A stretch of DNA of 64,000 bases from Geosiphon pyriformis uo1 (GCA_016748015.1 JAAOMT010000770.1:40231-104230), one strand, 5' to 3'. Shown: positions 1-14,199, counted from the first letter of the stretch. Numbers and translations: made by a program. The notes: a model not told the origin generated them from the letters alone.

Positions 1-138
1 ATTTTCATTAGCCTCAAATTCTTCCGGAAACGTGATATCTTTCACCGTTTGAGAATTTGGGAAAGAGAAGGTGGATGAAATGATGACAATGGTAACCAAA
101 AAAAATAAGAGGTAATTAAATCTAAGAGAGAAAATCAT
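1..138 (-). CDS. 5' end of a probable secreted protein (runs off the window)
   Basis: ATG at 138-136 opens 46 uninterrupted codons to position 1: MIFSLRFNYLLFFLVTIVIISSTFSFPNSQTVKDITFPEEFEANEN. The N-terminus resembles a signal peptide. Too short to appear in the ORF track. Confidence 0.55.
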   Translation of the reverse strand, partial: MIFSLRFNYLLFFLVTIVIISSTFSFPNSQTVKDITFPEEFEANEN

Positions 139-1126
139 TTTTTATGAAAAAAGTTATTTAAATATTTGTCTTGATTATTTGATTTTTTTTTTTGTCAACT
201 TGTTAGAAAAATAGAATGGTTTATGACTGGTTTTTATGGCTTTTCTCTACAGTTGTAGGCTGGTGTGGATTCATTCTTGCTAGTGATTGGAAAAATTAAT
301 GAACGTTTTTGTTAACAATTTTGATATATTATTCGTTACGCCTAACGAGTTTTATATCTTGGAGAATTGTTTACTTTTTTCTATTTTTTCTCAGGTATCT
401 GATATATCCAAGATTTATTGGAGATGAAAAAATTCAAAACGTCGTTTAAAAATGATTTTGTTGCCCAATTTTTTATTAATCTTCGTATTTAGGCGATTTA
501 GAACTCTATTATAAATTATCTCACTACTCTTCTCTAAAAGCAATTAGAAACTATATGACGTTTTTTGATCTCGATGATTTATGAAAACGTTCAATTATTA
601 CATTTATCCTCAATTTTAAGAAAAATTTTAAATTTTTTTTATTAAACAATACGGAAATAGTATAACCAATCACCCAATAAATCACAACAACCAATAAAAA
701 TATCATTTAAAAAATTTTTGTAATACGGCGAAAGATTAATAACGATCATGAGTACACTCTTTTGGGTATGATCACGCACATTTACCATTTTTGATCATAG
801 AATTCCAAAATATGTTTGCAGAGTTTGACTATAAGATCAACGATTTGCTTTGACTTTAACTTTTTTTACGAAAAGTGAATCCTTATTGAAAAGTTTCTTG
901 CAGCAGTCAAATTTTTTTTATGGTTACCTATCGATTCTTGGCCCAATAATATCCCTTATAATTAATAATTTTCCTTCAATTAAAGCAACATTTTAATAAA
1001 GTTAGGCATTTTGGGTTTAAATCTAATTCTTATTTGCATGACTGTACTATTGATTTCATTTTTCTAATCTCTTCTTGTTACTGAAAACTTAATATACTAT
1101 AAAAATATTTTATAAAAAATTTCAGA

Positions 1127-1339
1127 ATGGCTCACATTGATCGATTTCACTTAATAATGATTATTACAATTATTTTTATTATTGTTACTTTTAATTTAAT
1201 TGCATTGGATTACAAACCTGGAGATAGTAAGGATCATAGACAACTAAAAAAGCGTTTAGCCCGTAGTAATCGGGTAATATATCATAATTCAGCTTATTTA
1301 TTAAATTTTAAATTAATGATTGATTGCTTGTCATCTTGA
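1127..1339 (+). other. Short ORF with hydrophobic N-terminus; possibly the membrane-anchor first exon of the downstream P450 pseudogene
   Basis: MAHIDRFHLIMIITIIFIIVTFNLIAL... is followed by a basic stretch and a candidate donor (CGG|GTAAT near 1273). It is separated from the P450 remnants by about 0.8 kb of extremely AT-rich DNA. Confidence 0.3.
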
Positions 1340-2005
1340 AATTAATTTATTTAATTGTATGTGATTCTCAATAACCTTTTTTTTTTAATTTTGATATATT
1401 AACTAAAATTAATTTAATTTTACAACAACTCTAAGTTGAAGCTAAAAAAAAAATTATCAAGAAATTATCAATAAAAAATAAAATTGGTACAAATTTAACC
1501 TATTTGATCTTTAGCACACTTTGAGTTAATTGCTATCTTTAAAGAATTTATTAAACCCAGTTTCATCCAATGTTTGATTAAAAAAAAGTTGAAATAAGTT
1601 TAATCAGCTAATATTATTCTTTTTTTTTTTTTGATAAAAAGTTAATAAAATAGCAGTCAAAAAAGGTTAAAATAATATTTTTTAATATTACAGCAAAAAA
1701 ATAAATTTTAACAAAGTTAATATTACAAATTTTTTAAAATTATGATTATTAAAATTATTTCAAGTTTACAAAGTTTACCATGAAAAATAAATTGTTTTAC
1801 ATAAATTTAGGAATTTTATTTTAAAATTGAAATTATAAAAGCATTTTTTAAATATGAATATTGTAAATATAATTAAAATTGTCTTGTTTATTCAATATTT
1901 TAATTTTTTCTTCTTAGTTTAAAATTTTTATTTTATATTATTGTATATTAATAATAATTTTTTTATTTAAATTTATTATTAAACTTATCAAAACCTGATA
2001 ACAGC

Positions 2006-2044
<39 letters not shown>
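2006..2044. repeat. (TA)13 followed by (GTAT)3 microsatellite
   Basis: Read directly from the sequence. Confidence 0.95.
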
Positions 2045-2177
2045 TTGTGAAATTATTTACAAGTTAAAAAATTGTAAAATATTTTTATTATTTATGTAAA
2101 TGAAATGATTTTAGTTAATTAAATCAGTTTACAAGTTCAACACATTTCATTTTATGAAAATGAATTTATAAATGTAG

Positions 2178-3523
2178 ATTCGTTGAGTGGGGTGATATTG
2201 AATAACCCTAAAGTTTTTAATAAACTTGTTCAAAAACGTAACTATTTATTTTACTTATTTTATAAAAATTTCATTAGAAATTAATCCAAACAAAACCACT
2301 TGATTTTACTTTACTTTACTTTACTTTACTTTACTTTACTTTACTTTAGTCGATTTATTTCCCAAATAAAACATACCTCTAACTGAAACTATTTCGCGAA
2401 ATAAAGAGTATATTATAATGAACGGTATCCAAAAGTGATCCCATTAAGTAGGCGATTAATTAATTTACTGGTTTTTTTTCTTCACAAAAACAATATAAAA
2501 TTCTACCTTAAACCACAATTTTTTAATCCTATCTTTGATAGTTAATAATTCTTTAAATCAACGAAAAATTGAATCTTATTTTAATCTGATCGAATAAGAT
2601 ACTAACGATCTTATTAAAAATTATTGAAGGATGTCCTCCCTTTTGAAAGGAGAATTCAAAAGCATATAAATTAGAGGACTAATGGGAAACAATAACGTGA
2701 GGCTTATTGAAAAGAGTAAATGAAGATCCAGAAAAGAGACCATGAGCTTTTGCAGAAATTGAATGAAGGCTTTTTAAATTTATTAAGTTGTGCAATGAGT
2801 TTATAATGGCAGAAACAGTAGTTTTAAATAAATGAAAGCTGCTATTGTAATTCGGACAATTTTAAAAAATTATTTGTAAATTCTAGGAAGGCGTCTCAGC
2901 TACCATGTATTAATTTATTGCAATTTTATCAAATCATCCAGAGTTTCAGCATAAAGTGCACGACGAATTTGACAAAGTAGTTGGACATGAACGTTTATCA
3001 AGCATTTTTGACTTTGGCTCACTTCAATATATCCATTATTTTATTAAAGAAGTTATTCGTTGGTCTACTCCAATTTCGAAAATTCTCGATATTTGCTATC
3101 ATGTTTTTCCCCGAAAATACATTAACTTGACATTCATAATTTTTCCATTATTATTAGATCTTAACAATTCTTAGGTTTCTTGAACAAGATGATGAGTATT
3201 TACGATATCATATTCAAGACTCTATTTAAATTTTTACGCATTGAACTCGGACAAAAATCGATCATTATTCCTTTTCGGTTGGAAGACTAATTTGTAGTGG
3301 GATTTACTTGGTAAACTTCTATACCAAGGTTTCTAAAATAAAATTATTTTTGAATAGGCTAAAGCAGAATTACTTTTCATTACCATTGGGCTACTTTGGG
3401 TCTTCAAAATCGAAAATGCGAAACGGAAGGCCTCTTCCAATTGATCCAAGCAATTCTGCTGAGATTTTATATCAACTTCCTAAACCATACAATGTTCAAT
3501 TATTCCGAAATATCAAGAGATAA
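2178..3523 (+). pseudogene. Cytochrome P450 pseudogene
   Basis: Remnant motifs in the expected order: VILNNPKVFNKLVQKR (from 2192); I/J helix EGVSATMY*FIAILSNHPEFQHKVHDEFDKVVGHERL with TAA at 2911-2913 where Trp is usual; K-helix KEVIRW (ExxR); EQDDEYLRYHI; heme loop HYSFSVGRLICSGIYL (3263-3310, Cys at 3293); frameshifted LLWVFKIE. Stops, frameshifts and deletions are present. Confidence 0.85.
2305..2348. repeat. (TTTAC)8 pentanucleotide microsatellite ending at a TAG acceptor-like site
   Basis: Read directly; lies in an intron-like part of the P450 relic. Confidence 0.95.
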
Positions 3524-6500
3524 AACCTATCTTAATTAACTTTGATGAAAAAAAGTATTAAAATAATTAGTTAGCAAGTTATAACAATATGTTAATTAAA
3601 ACATAAAATATTAAATTGGATTAAATATTCTTAACATTTAAAAATATTTTTATTTGCATATTATTAAAATTAATTTTTTTATTAATTTTATTATAATTAA
3701 TTTTATATCATTTTTTAATTTAATTTAATTAGAATTAATTACAATTAATATAATGGTTTGTAAATATTAAAATTAATTATAAATATTTAATTAATTGTTA
3801 TAATGTAATTTCATAATTATTAAAAAATATTATTTTATTAATTATAACTATTTAAAAATATATTTATATATATTTATTATATTAAAAAAAATTAAAATAA
3901 TCAAGTTTTTTAAAATTAAAAAATATTTAGTATTTTTAAATTTTAAAAATCAATTACTTTTTTATTTATTTATTTATTATTATTTTTTAAAGTATCTATT
4001 TACTTTACATTTAATTTAATTAAATTTTTTTTTTTTTATAAAACAATTAAAAAACTTGGTATTTTATTAAATTGTTGAGTCTATTAATTTAAACGAAAAA
4101 ATTGCTATAAATCTAATTTTTTAATTATTACATAATTACAACTTTATTTATCATATTTAAATTTTATTATTAATTAAAACTTATAATTTTATTGAAATTT
4201 TATTATTTAATATAATTTTTTTTTTTTACAATATTGTTGTTTTTATTAAAATTATTATATTAATTTTATAAACCAAATTTGATAAATCTTGATTTTTTTA
4301 AAAATTAAACTTGAATTATTAAAGATTCATTAATTGTTAGAAATAAAATTATCAAGCATAATACAAATTAATAAAGCTTAATTTCATATAATTTTTGAAA
4401 AAATTATATTAAACATTTATAATTGTGCACAAAGTTATACTTAATATTTACATATTTCATTAATATTAATATACATTGTTATATGATAGGATTATTTATT
4501 TTAATTGATTTGAAATTAATTTAATTAATTTATGAGAATAAAGATATTTTTTTGCCTTTCCACTTTAAAAAGAAGTGCATTTATATGAACAATTTAATAT
4601 CATGAAAAGATTGTTCACACAATCAACCTCCAAACATAAAAAGGCTAAAAGACTTGATAAAACAGTGACATGTATGTTGTGAATAATTATAATGATCCTG
4701 CAGTTCGAGGTATCTAACATAATAAATTAAAAAGGTCCGAAAAATGCTTGGTTGAGCACATTATCAATTTCGTCAACGTTTTGGTAGCCAAAGCAGAAGA
4801 ATAATTGGAGTGTGTCATTGTCTAGAATGAAACTTATAGATCCAAGAACTGTAGCTGGCGTGGTAACGTCCAAAGAATCAGAACTTAAATGGGTGGAGAC
4901 GAAAGTGGGGCTCGGGTAATTTTTCTGCGGGCATTGCTTGATGGAGGCCAGCGATCAAGAAATGAAATGAAGCAAAGAAAATGGAGATCTTCGTGATACT
5001 GATCTTCTTCTTCTTCACCTTTACATGTCTGTAATACTACTAGCCTTTCTTTCAATTATAGGAATAAATAGAATTATAGAGAAAAAAAGCGTTACTTTGA
5101 ATATTCCAATGCAGTGGTACCTTGCTGGAGTTCCCTAATTAACTCTCCGAACGCGCCATTGTAAGTTTCCTTTAAAATAAGTCAACGAAGGGACGACATC
5201 AAGTTGCACAGATTTATCATAAGACGAATTCAGTAAATCACGTGAATTTTCAAAATATGTGACTGTTTTTATTAAAAAAATCTACGATACTGCTTGAACT
5301 CATCATTCCTTTATAGTTTTATATGACGAGAAGCTTCGTAATTTTGCTCCTTTAAAACATATCTTTGAAACTGCCTTAACAGTAATCTTTTCTTCCCGCA
5401 AAATCTCGCGGCCAGAGGGGTGGAAATTTCATTGAAAGTCGCTTACACGTATCCCTTGCAGAGATGACTTCCTTTAAATATGGTTTATGTAAAAAGCAAG
5501 CTGAATTGCTAACATGACATCGGAGTGTAGGATATGAAAAAGGGGATTTAGTATTGGGAAGTGCGTCTTAAATTTTTTGGGGTCGATAGAAACTGTCATA
5601 GACTACTCGTCTTAGTTTTCCTATTTAAATTCAACTTTTCAGGATATATTGGTACATATACGGTTACAAATATACGAGCACATGTATAGATAATGAAATT
5701 TCCCATTAAATTTTTCTCTGGGAAATCAATTTTTTACAAGGACGTATAGAGAAACAAATAGAAACCTTTTTTGACCCGTCCTAAATAATATTTACAGAAT
5801 TAGGAATGCGTCAGGTAAGCTAGGATGCTAAGCATTCCTTGGCGCATATTAGTTAATTCCAATCCAGAGAGATAAGCTAGTTCGCTACGTAGCCCCTCGA
5901 CACATGGTGCCTCGAGACTTCAGAAAAGTTAGGATATTACGTATCCCCTTAGCATGAGATACTTCAGCTTCAAATGCGTCGGAAATTATGAAATGCCATG
6001 CATTCAAAGGCGTTTATAAAGAAGAATTTAAAAAAACTCAATCAAAACATTTAGATGTTGATCTTTTGAATAATGTAGTTTTTTGGAATCAACGCTTAAA
6101 AAAAGATGGATTGTCAAAAGATTATTTTTGGTCTATATATTTACTTTACGACAACATTTTGTCTTGATTAACTCATCCTTTTTATTTGCATAAACAAATA
6201 TTTTGTTTGAAAAAGTTGGTATGTTTTTAGCTTGAGAATACAATCGGAGGAACTTTAGTCCATTTGCCATATACATCCCCTAGAAAAAAGTCATTAAACA
6301 CTTTTTATTTTATAATATTATGAATGCTAAATAATAATTAATATCTAGTGGGTTCGTCATGATTCCTGAATGGATTTCCCATTCTTGCAAAACCACAAAT
6401 AATTTGCGAAAATTGATTGGCCACAGATTTTCCATTTCCATATTCTTAATTGAATTGAATTGGGAAATTGTGCAGGCCAATTTGAATGATCAAAATTTCG

Positions 6501-8294
6501 TCATTTTTGGCAATATGAATCAGAGTATTCTCATGTTAAAACATAAATAATAGAAAAATTAAATTTATGGGTAAATTTATAATTTTTTCCAAAAGTTTTA
6601 TATAATAAATTTTGGACATATAATAGATTTAAAATATTTTTTTACTGATTTGTTTTTTTTAAAGTTCAATAAATTTTTATTTTTAATAACTAAAAATTCA
6701 TTTTGTTTTTTAAAAATTTATTGAACCAATTGTTGTAAACTTAAATTCTTATTTGTAAATACTTGAATGGTCATTTTTATGAAATGATTTGTGATTATTT
6801 TTTGTTTTTTATTTGTTTTGTAAATATTGAGTTGATTTTTTTATTATATCTTATTGTTTTGTAAAATATTTTTGTTTTTCTGATATTCATTTTGAACAAT
6901 TGTATTATCTCTTTATATAATGTATTATAAAAGAACCAATCATTAGTTACTTGAGTTTAGTCCATTCACATGACTTGATTATATGAATGACTTTGATGAA
7001 AAAATCTCAAGTTTGTTTCTGTAACAATCTTGTTATCCCACTTCTATTTAATCATCACGATTTGACATTGCTTACATAATTATTATCCTTAACTTATTAG
7101 ATGTATGACTTGCTCTTTATGATTATCGAAAAAATGATTACTATTTGATAAAACGCAAATTTTGAGAGAATAATTTTTAATCCGTAATATTATAATACTC
7201 ATTCGCTTATTCATATTCACAAAGAAGAGTATATCTTACAATCTAATAACTCGTCCTAGATCAGAAGCCAGGTTTTGAGTTCGCTTTTATATTCCGTTTC
7301 AAGCATCAAACTCGGCTTACCCCGTTTTTCAAACTTTTATTGAAATTGAGGGTTGTCATATCTTTTCAAGGAAAATCTTGTTCAGTTTTAGATGGTCGCT
7401 GATCAGAGGAGCTCTTGAATATCTACTTCACATGGACAAACACGAACTTTGAGAATGGAAACTAAACTCCAAATAATCATTAGTCGAAAAGCAATATCAA
7501 GTAATGGGGATACACATCGCATGCAGATGTTATGGATTCACAATTTTCCGAACAATTCTCCTTGATCGTCAAAACTTCAAAGATGTTCCGTACCAATACT
7601 TTCAACAAAATGTTATCATATATCAATTTTGAAGATCTAGATTGGAGGTGCCAATTCTTAAGACCGAAAATTCTCTTTTGTAAAGTTTACCCTTTTATAA
7701 CGAATGGAACAATCGTTTAAGACGATTTTATAATTAGCGATATTGAAGATCTTTACTCTCAAGACGAAATATTCTGATTTCCGGAGAATCTCTTTCTCAC
7801 ACTTTTAACACACAAACAAAAGAAATTTCATCGTCGATGAACCCTATCTCTACAAGCAATGATATAACTCATAATAACCAAGATATTACTCTATTGGTTA
7901 TCAGTCTTTTTTATTAAGGCAAGAGTAAAGAGCTCAATTGGTGGCCTCGTTCACAAACCCTAATTTCCAATTACAAAACCTCCGTTGATATTTATATATT
8001 TACCGAGTTTTTAACTTTCTCACTTAGTTTAACTTTTTGTGTTCTGCTCGACGGAGACTGAGGGTTTTTTTTATATTTAAATCTAGGTTTGATACCTTGA
8101 CTCACAAAAACCGTCTTCAATACCCCATCTCATTTTTCCGCGTAAAAATTTAGCCATTTATTCTTTTGCTATTTTAAAGAAATACCCTTTTGACCAGGAG
8201 TCAAAATTAAAAGGTTAATCAAAAAGTCGAAGCATTTTCTCATAATTTTCTTAGGCCTCTCTCATTAGCGGCCAAGGTATCTTTGGTTGTTAAA

Positions 8295-9742
8295 ATGAGC
8301 AACCCAGCTTTATATTTAGGTTATCCGGAGTGGTATGATCCAAAATCGTTAAAAGAGGCTGTTCAGGGCATGATTGCAATTTGCTCGTTTAGTACATTGA
8401 GTAATTTGGTTGTGATGGGAACTTTCATTTGGATATACTTTCACAAATATACCAATAAAACTACCGGGCGATTGGTGCTGAATTTGTTGTTTGCGGATTG
8501 GATTCAAAGTATTGGTTATATGATGAGCTATTATTGGATAAGTCAGGATGGTAATATCAAAAGTTATCCTAATTGTAATATTCAAGGGATGCTTATAAAC
8601 ATTGGTGGAGTAGCTTCTGGTAAGTAAGGATAGAAATACTATTGAACAAGAAAGCAGCTTGTGTGAGAATATTTCTGAAAGATGATCTAAAATATTAACT
8701 TTGAATTCCAGGGTGTTGGGCGTTTACATTATGCCTTCAAACTTATTTGATGGTCGTGCACTCTTATGATCCCAAATGGCTCTTTACTGCTTCAATGATG
8801 ATAATTTGGCCATTCAATATCATTTTATCAACAATTGGGACATTGATTCAAAACCCTCACATACCATTCTACAGCTCTGCTGGTGGTGCCTGGTGCTGGA
8901 TTAATGCAGAATACAGCACCTATCGACTCATATTTCATTATGGGATAATCACTGTTTTAGCTGTCTCAATTTACTTGTTATATGGAAGGTTGATTTACAT
9001 TATTTACCGTCGCCAAGCTACGATAAGAACGGAAAAGAACCAGACATTAAAAAAGAATGGCATAAAACTTTTATTATACCCTGGAGCTCACTGTTTGATC
9101 ACCTTACCATTGGCTTTGCGTAAGTCTAACCTCTTTTGATTTTTTTTATTAGAAGAAAATTCCTAATTGGTAAACTTTTTTTTTTATAGACCGATTAATG
9201 GAAAGTGGCGAAACACAGACATCATTTTCATTGTGAGTGACTCAATAAATTTTTCATGTTTAATTATTTCGATTTAGGAAAATTGTCATTGACTCTATAA
9301 TTTCTTTATTCACATAAATTCCAGCCTTATCATAGCTGGTTGCATAGCGGCTTCATCTGGACTCGTAAACAGTTTAATTTACGGAATGACGCGTAGTATG
9401 CCATCCACTAAACCAATATTTGAAATCGTTCCAAAATTCAACATTCGTGTCCGAAATGTTCAGATTGCTCCATCAGCCATTCGTACCGTTTCCATCTCCA
9501 GCAACGCGAGTGACATGAAACCACTAAATATGGCTATTAACATGCCGCCCCATACTGCCGAAAACCAGTCTCACCAACAACGAATGCAATATAGGGGTTC
9601 AAATATTGGAGGAGGAGTACACGGGCATAAAGGACCCGTTACGACAGATTTGATGGCGAACAGGGAAACATTGTTTGAGGGCCTAACCTATTATGAGAAT
9701 ATCGAAAGTATGGAACCGTTGCGTCCACGTGTTGAATATTAA
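8295..9742 (+). CDS. Git3/Gpr1-family 7TM G-protein-coupled receptor, paralog 1 (about 397 aa)
   Basis: Exons 8295-8619, 8712-9119, 9190-9232 and 9325-9742, all GT-AG, 1194 nt in frame. Git3-type motifs: LVLNLLFADWIQS, CNIQGMLIN, GAWCWI..YR.IFHY, KLLLYP..LPLA, GLVNSLIYGMTR. Seven hydrophobic segments. Confidence 0.88.
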
Positions 9743-12700
9743 AATTTTCTCGTTTTCTCGTAGGGTATGAAATAATATAACCACATAAACTATTTTTTTT
9801 CTTCTTTCTTTAAAATCAATTTATAATTAGCAACAATAAATATCGTTTTAATATTTGTAGATAAACTTTTGTTCAAAATTTGCTGTATTTTTTATATTCA
9901 TATTATACGAAGCTTGGAGTTAGATGGTCTACATTGTATGTGTGACCAAAGAACAAACGCGACCTGATCAATACAAATTTGATATTTGTGCTATGAATAA
10001 TGGGTCGCGTTTGAAGTTTATAATGATATTAATAAACAAGTTGAAAGAAATGCTTCGTGAAAAAATGGTTGATAATGTTGTCTGAATTATCTTGGAAAAT
10101 TTTATTAAACCTGTTTATCGTATATGATGTAATTATAATACATTATACCTGATGAAAAAAAATTCTTTCGTTCTAATGACTTGCTATCAGCGAATCTCGG
10201 TTTTTAATTTTATCTGATTTTCTATGTTATACGCAATAGAATGACCGAAAACTAGTGAAGACCATTAAAATTAAAAGGTGATAATTTAAAATTAATGTAC
10301 ATTATTAATACTATTTAATATTTATTACGTTTACTCAAAATACAAATTTTATTAAAAGAGCTTTGAGTTATTTCTTATTTAATTCAAGTTTATACATAAT
10401 ATAACAGTATTAGAGAGTAATTTAATTATTATTATATACTTTATGAATTTAAATTTTTTTTCTTTTAATATAATTGACTAAGATATATGAACAAATTTTC
10501 AATGTGAAAAGAACAAAATTTTGAAAAAATAATTTTTATATAATTTATAAATCATATTTGTTTATTAAACATAGTGTATGACATTTAAACTTTTTTTGAA
10601 ATTTTAAAAGATAAATGGAAATCATATTTTAGAGACATTTGAACTATATTTTAATTAAAAATTTTCATTTTCTTAATAATTTTATATAATAAAAAAATTA
10701 TTCTTAAAATGTATATTTGTCTAAATAATACCAGTTCAAAATTTAAAAAAAAATTAATTTACTAAAATCATAATTTTAATATTTGATAATTATTGTTTTT
10801 ACACCAAACTTAAAATCTATCCATGTTAAATAGTTTATAAACAAAATTAAAAAATTAATTAAAAACAATTTTGTTTAATGAATATTTTTCATTTTCTTGA
10901 TTTATTATTTAATTTTAAGATAAATCATTTAATTTAGTCATTCATTTTTTTATTCCTAAAAAATAAATTCTGGTTTTTGTTTTTTTGAACTTTGTTAATT
11001 ACTAGGTTTGATTTTTCATAAAAATATTGTGATCACGATTCTTATTTTAAGTTACATTCCAGTGCTTAAATAGGATATTACTATGATTCTGACATTTAAA
11101 AAAGTAATGATTGTTTATAGGTCTTTTGTATCTTTTGATTTTCCACTTTATGAAATATAATTCAGCTGTTTGAATTGGGATAGAGCTCATGATAAAAGAT
11201 AATTGTAATGATTTCAAAATTTTAGATCAATTTAATTATGTATTTTGAACATCATTAGGTAAAGTAGAAAAAGAAAATCCTCGGAAAGAATAAAAATAAA
11301 AAAATAGTTTCATTTTCTGGGTTTTATTATTTACATTGTAAAAAATCTTTCCTAAATACGGAAACCATCAACTGAGCGGTTTAAACAATTCACCAACCAC
11401 CAGGCCAATGTTAATGCGCCGAATCAACTCATTATTATTACGACCAGGAAAAAATTTATTCATGCATAAATTAATAATTTCAACAGAGACGTTCAAATTT
11501 GTAAGCCTTGGTTGCCTGCTTTATTTCTTAATTGAAAGGCTATTATTAAATATTTTATCTTTTTTTATTTTAGATTTACTTCGGAATTTTTCGTCCACCT
11601 TTTAATAGTGTAAAATCAAATGACTCTTACAAAATATGTAAATTCTCAGTATAAAAATTGTTATTTTCACAGGTGATATTCACTAGGGATGGATAGTAAC
11701 AAACTTGGTGAAAATCTATTTATCTCTCTATAAATTAAATTTTGAAGTACACTTTGGTTCTTTAGTCAAGATCACCACACAAAGGAATAAATCTAGATTA
11801 AACTTTTAATTCAACATGAAATATTAGATTTTGATTTTGATTTTAAAATTACTAGAATCTTCGAGAGTATTTCTGAGCACAAAACTTTAGATGATGAAAA
11901 TTTTAATCAGGGCATGCTACGACAAATTTAGGCAAAGTGGACATTAATGATTGGGGATAAAATCTTTTCCTTTGCCCAATAACAGCATTCCTGGTGAAAG
12001 ATAGTAAAATTCAAAGATAAAAGTATTGTTTGCAAGAGAAATAAATTTACATCTTCAGCAGTTTTTATCCAAAAAATGGACTTTTTGAAAACAACCATCC
12101 TGAGATTATCATGCTACCTCTCTTTTTAATTGACTATGTGAATCTTAATGGTGCTATTCTCTTTGCAAAACCAAAGAAATTTTACAATAGAACCATTCAA
12201 AGTTAAAGACAAGTGTATTTTTTTTATAAGTACAGAATCTCTTAAACAGTTCTTTATTCATCTTAGGAGAACAGAAAGTGATGCTAATACCATTTTCTTT
12301 TTTATTCACTTTGTGGAATTTGTGAACTTCTTTTTGATAGTTTTATTTACCATTAAGTGTTAAAAGCATTGGTTTTATTCTCTTTTCCGTAATAATAGTT
12401 ATCTAATTTGCTTTTAAATTAGTAGAAATTGGCTAAAATAATTAATATAATTATATTTCAATAACTATAAGTGCCGGATATTAACAAACTAAATTTTTTT
12501 GACTTGGCATTATTAAAAACCACAAAACTGTATCAAAAAAGATAGAAAATAAAATATTGCTAACAAAATAAATAAATAAGAGCAGTTTATATATTCAGCA
12601 TTACTATAATTACTTTAATATCAATAAACAAATATATATATATATATATATATATAATCCAACAAAATTATATGTTTTAATAAAACAGAAGTACAAAGAT

Positions 12701-14199
12701 CTAAGTAACTAATTTATCATACAAATTAAATATAAAGATAAATAAACACAAATAGAAGCCACAATAATCTTGATTTTATATTTTTAATATAAGTATATAA
12801 AGTTAATTGATAAAACTAGGATCTATAACAAACTAAAAACAATAATATCTTGAAACCAGATTATAAAAACTTTTTCAAGTCTATAATAACATTAAAAATG
12901 ACAAATCATTGTAGAAGATGTCTTTTATAACTTTAATATGAAGCACAATACAAACAGTATGTTTATTTTATTTTGTAGCTTTATTATGATAATATATTAA
13001 AGTTTAATAAATTAAACTTCAATGTTGTTAAATGTCTTTATTATTCTTTTTTTTTGACTCTAATAATGAACAAAAAAAGTGCTTTTATCAGTGTTTGTAT
13101 ATGTTTTTTATATATTTTTTTAAGTTTCTAAAAAAAGAACTGGGATCGGTCTTTTTCATCTATATCCAAAAAATAGCATATCAATTACTAACCAAATTAA
13201 TAAGCTGATACAAATGTTCCAGAATAGTCCGGCATATTCCTAATTAACCGTTTCCTCGTGACAATATAACTGTGCTAAAGTAAAAAACTATTGAAAAAGA
13301 AAAAAGAATTGAAACTTTTTAAATGTTAAAAAACATATTCAAATAGTCTGCATAATTTTCAACAAAAATAAATAGAAAATTTGAAAATTGGAGTTAATTA
13401 AATTCTTATATGTAAGTGTTTTCTTGGTATTTTTTATTTAATTTTTGTTTTTTATCATATTTATCATTATTTATGTTTTATTTTAGATTACAATATTGCT
13501 GAATACATATGTTATGCTTTGTGTTTAAAGTTACTTAAAATTCTTTTACAAATTGCCCAATTCAATTCAAATATGCTTCTGTTATTTTGTTAACCTAAAA
13601 AGTAGAGATAAATCATAATATATATTAATTTACAAGTATTTATTAACAGCCATTATAACTGTATTAGAGACTATTTTTTCCAACATAATCTAGTTAGTTA
13701 AAGAAGATTGGTTGCAAAGAATTAAGAAAAAAAATTAGAAAAATAATCTTGTTTATTATTTAATATATTACATAAATTTCTTTTACAAAATCAAACAAAA
13801 TTATTTATATAGCAAACAATAAAAATATGAGAAAAATTTTCACTTTTAGAATTGGTTATGATTGTATATTAGTGTTTATCTTAACATTGAAAAAAAAGTT
13901 TAAAAATATTGTAAAAATAAAATGCAACAATAATTAATAAAAATATATTATTATAACTAAATCAATTTTTAATTTTTTCTTAATTCTAACACTTTTAGCA
14001 AAAAAAACATAATAACAAAGATACTAAAATATGTTAAAAAAAAGTGGTTCTAATATTTTAACTAATTGGTTTAGTTAGATTAACAGTAAGGTAGTTAAAT
14101 TTTTTGAGTACTACATTTAAAAAAATTACTAATTACCAAAGATTCTATTATTAAATTAAAAAACCATCAAAGCAGGCAAGATAATTATTGTTTTGGGTT

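Noticed and set aside
12471-13235. Possible small TIR element bounded by TGCCGGA / TCCGGCA
   Set aside because: Only a 7-bp exact match, no TSD and no recognisable coding remnant.
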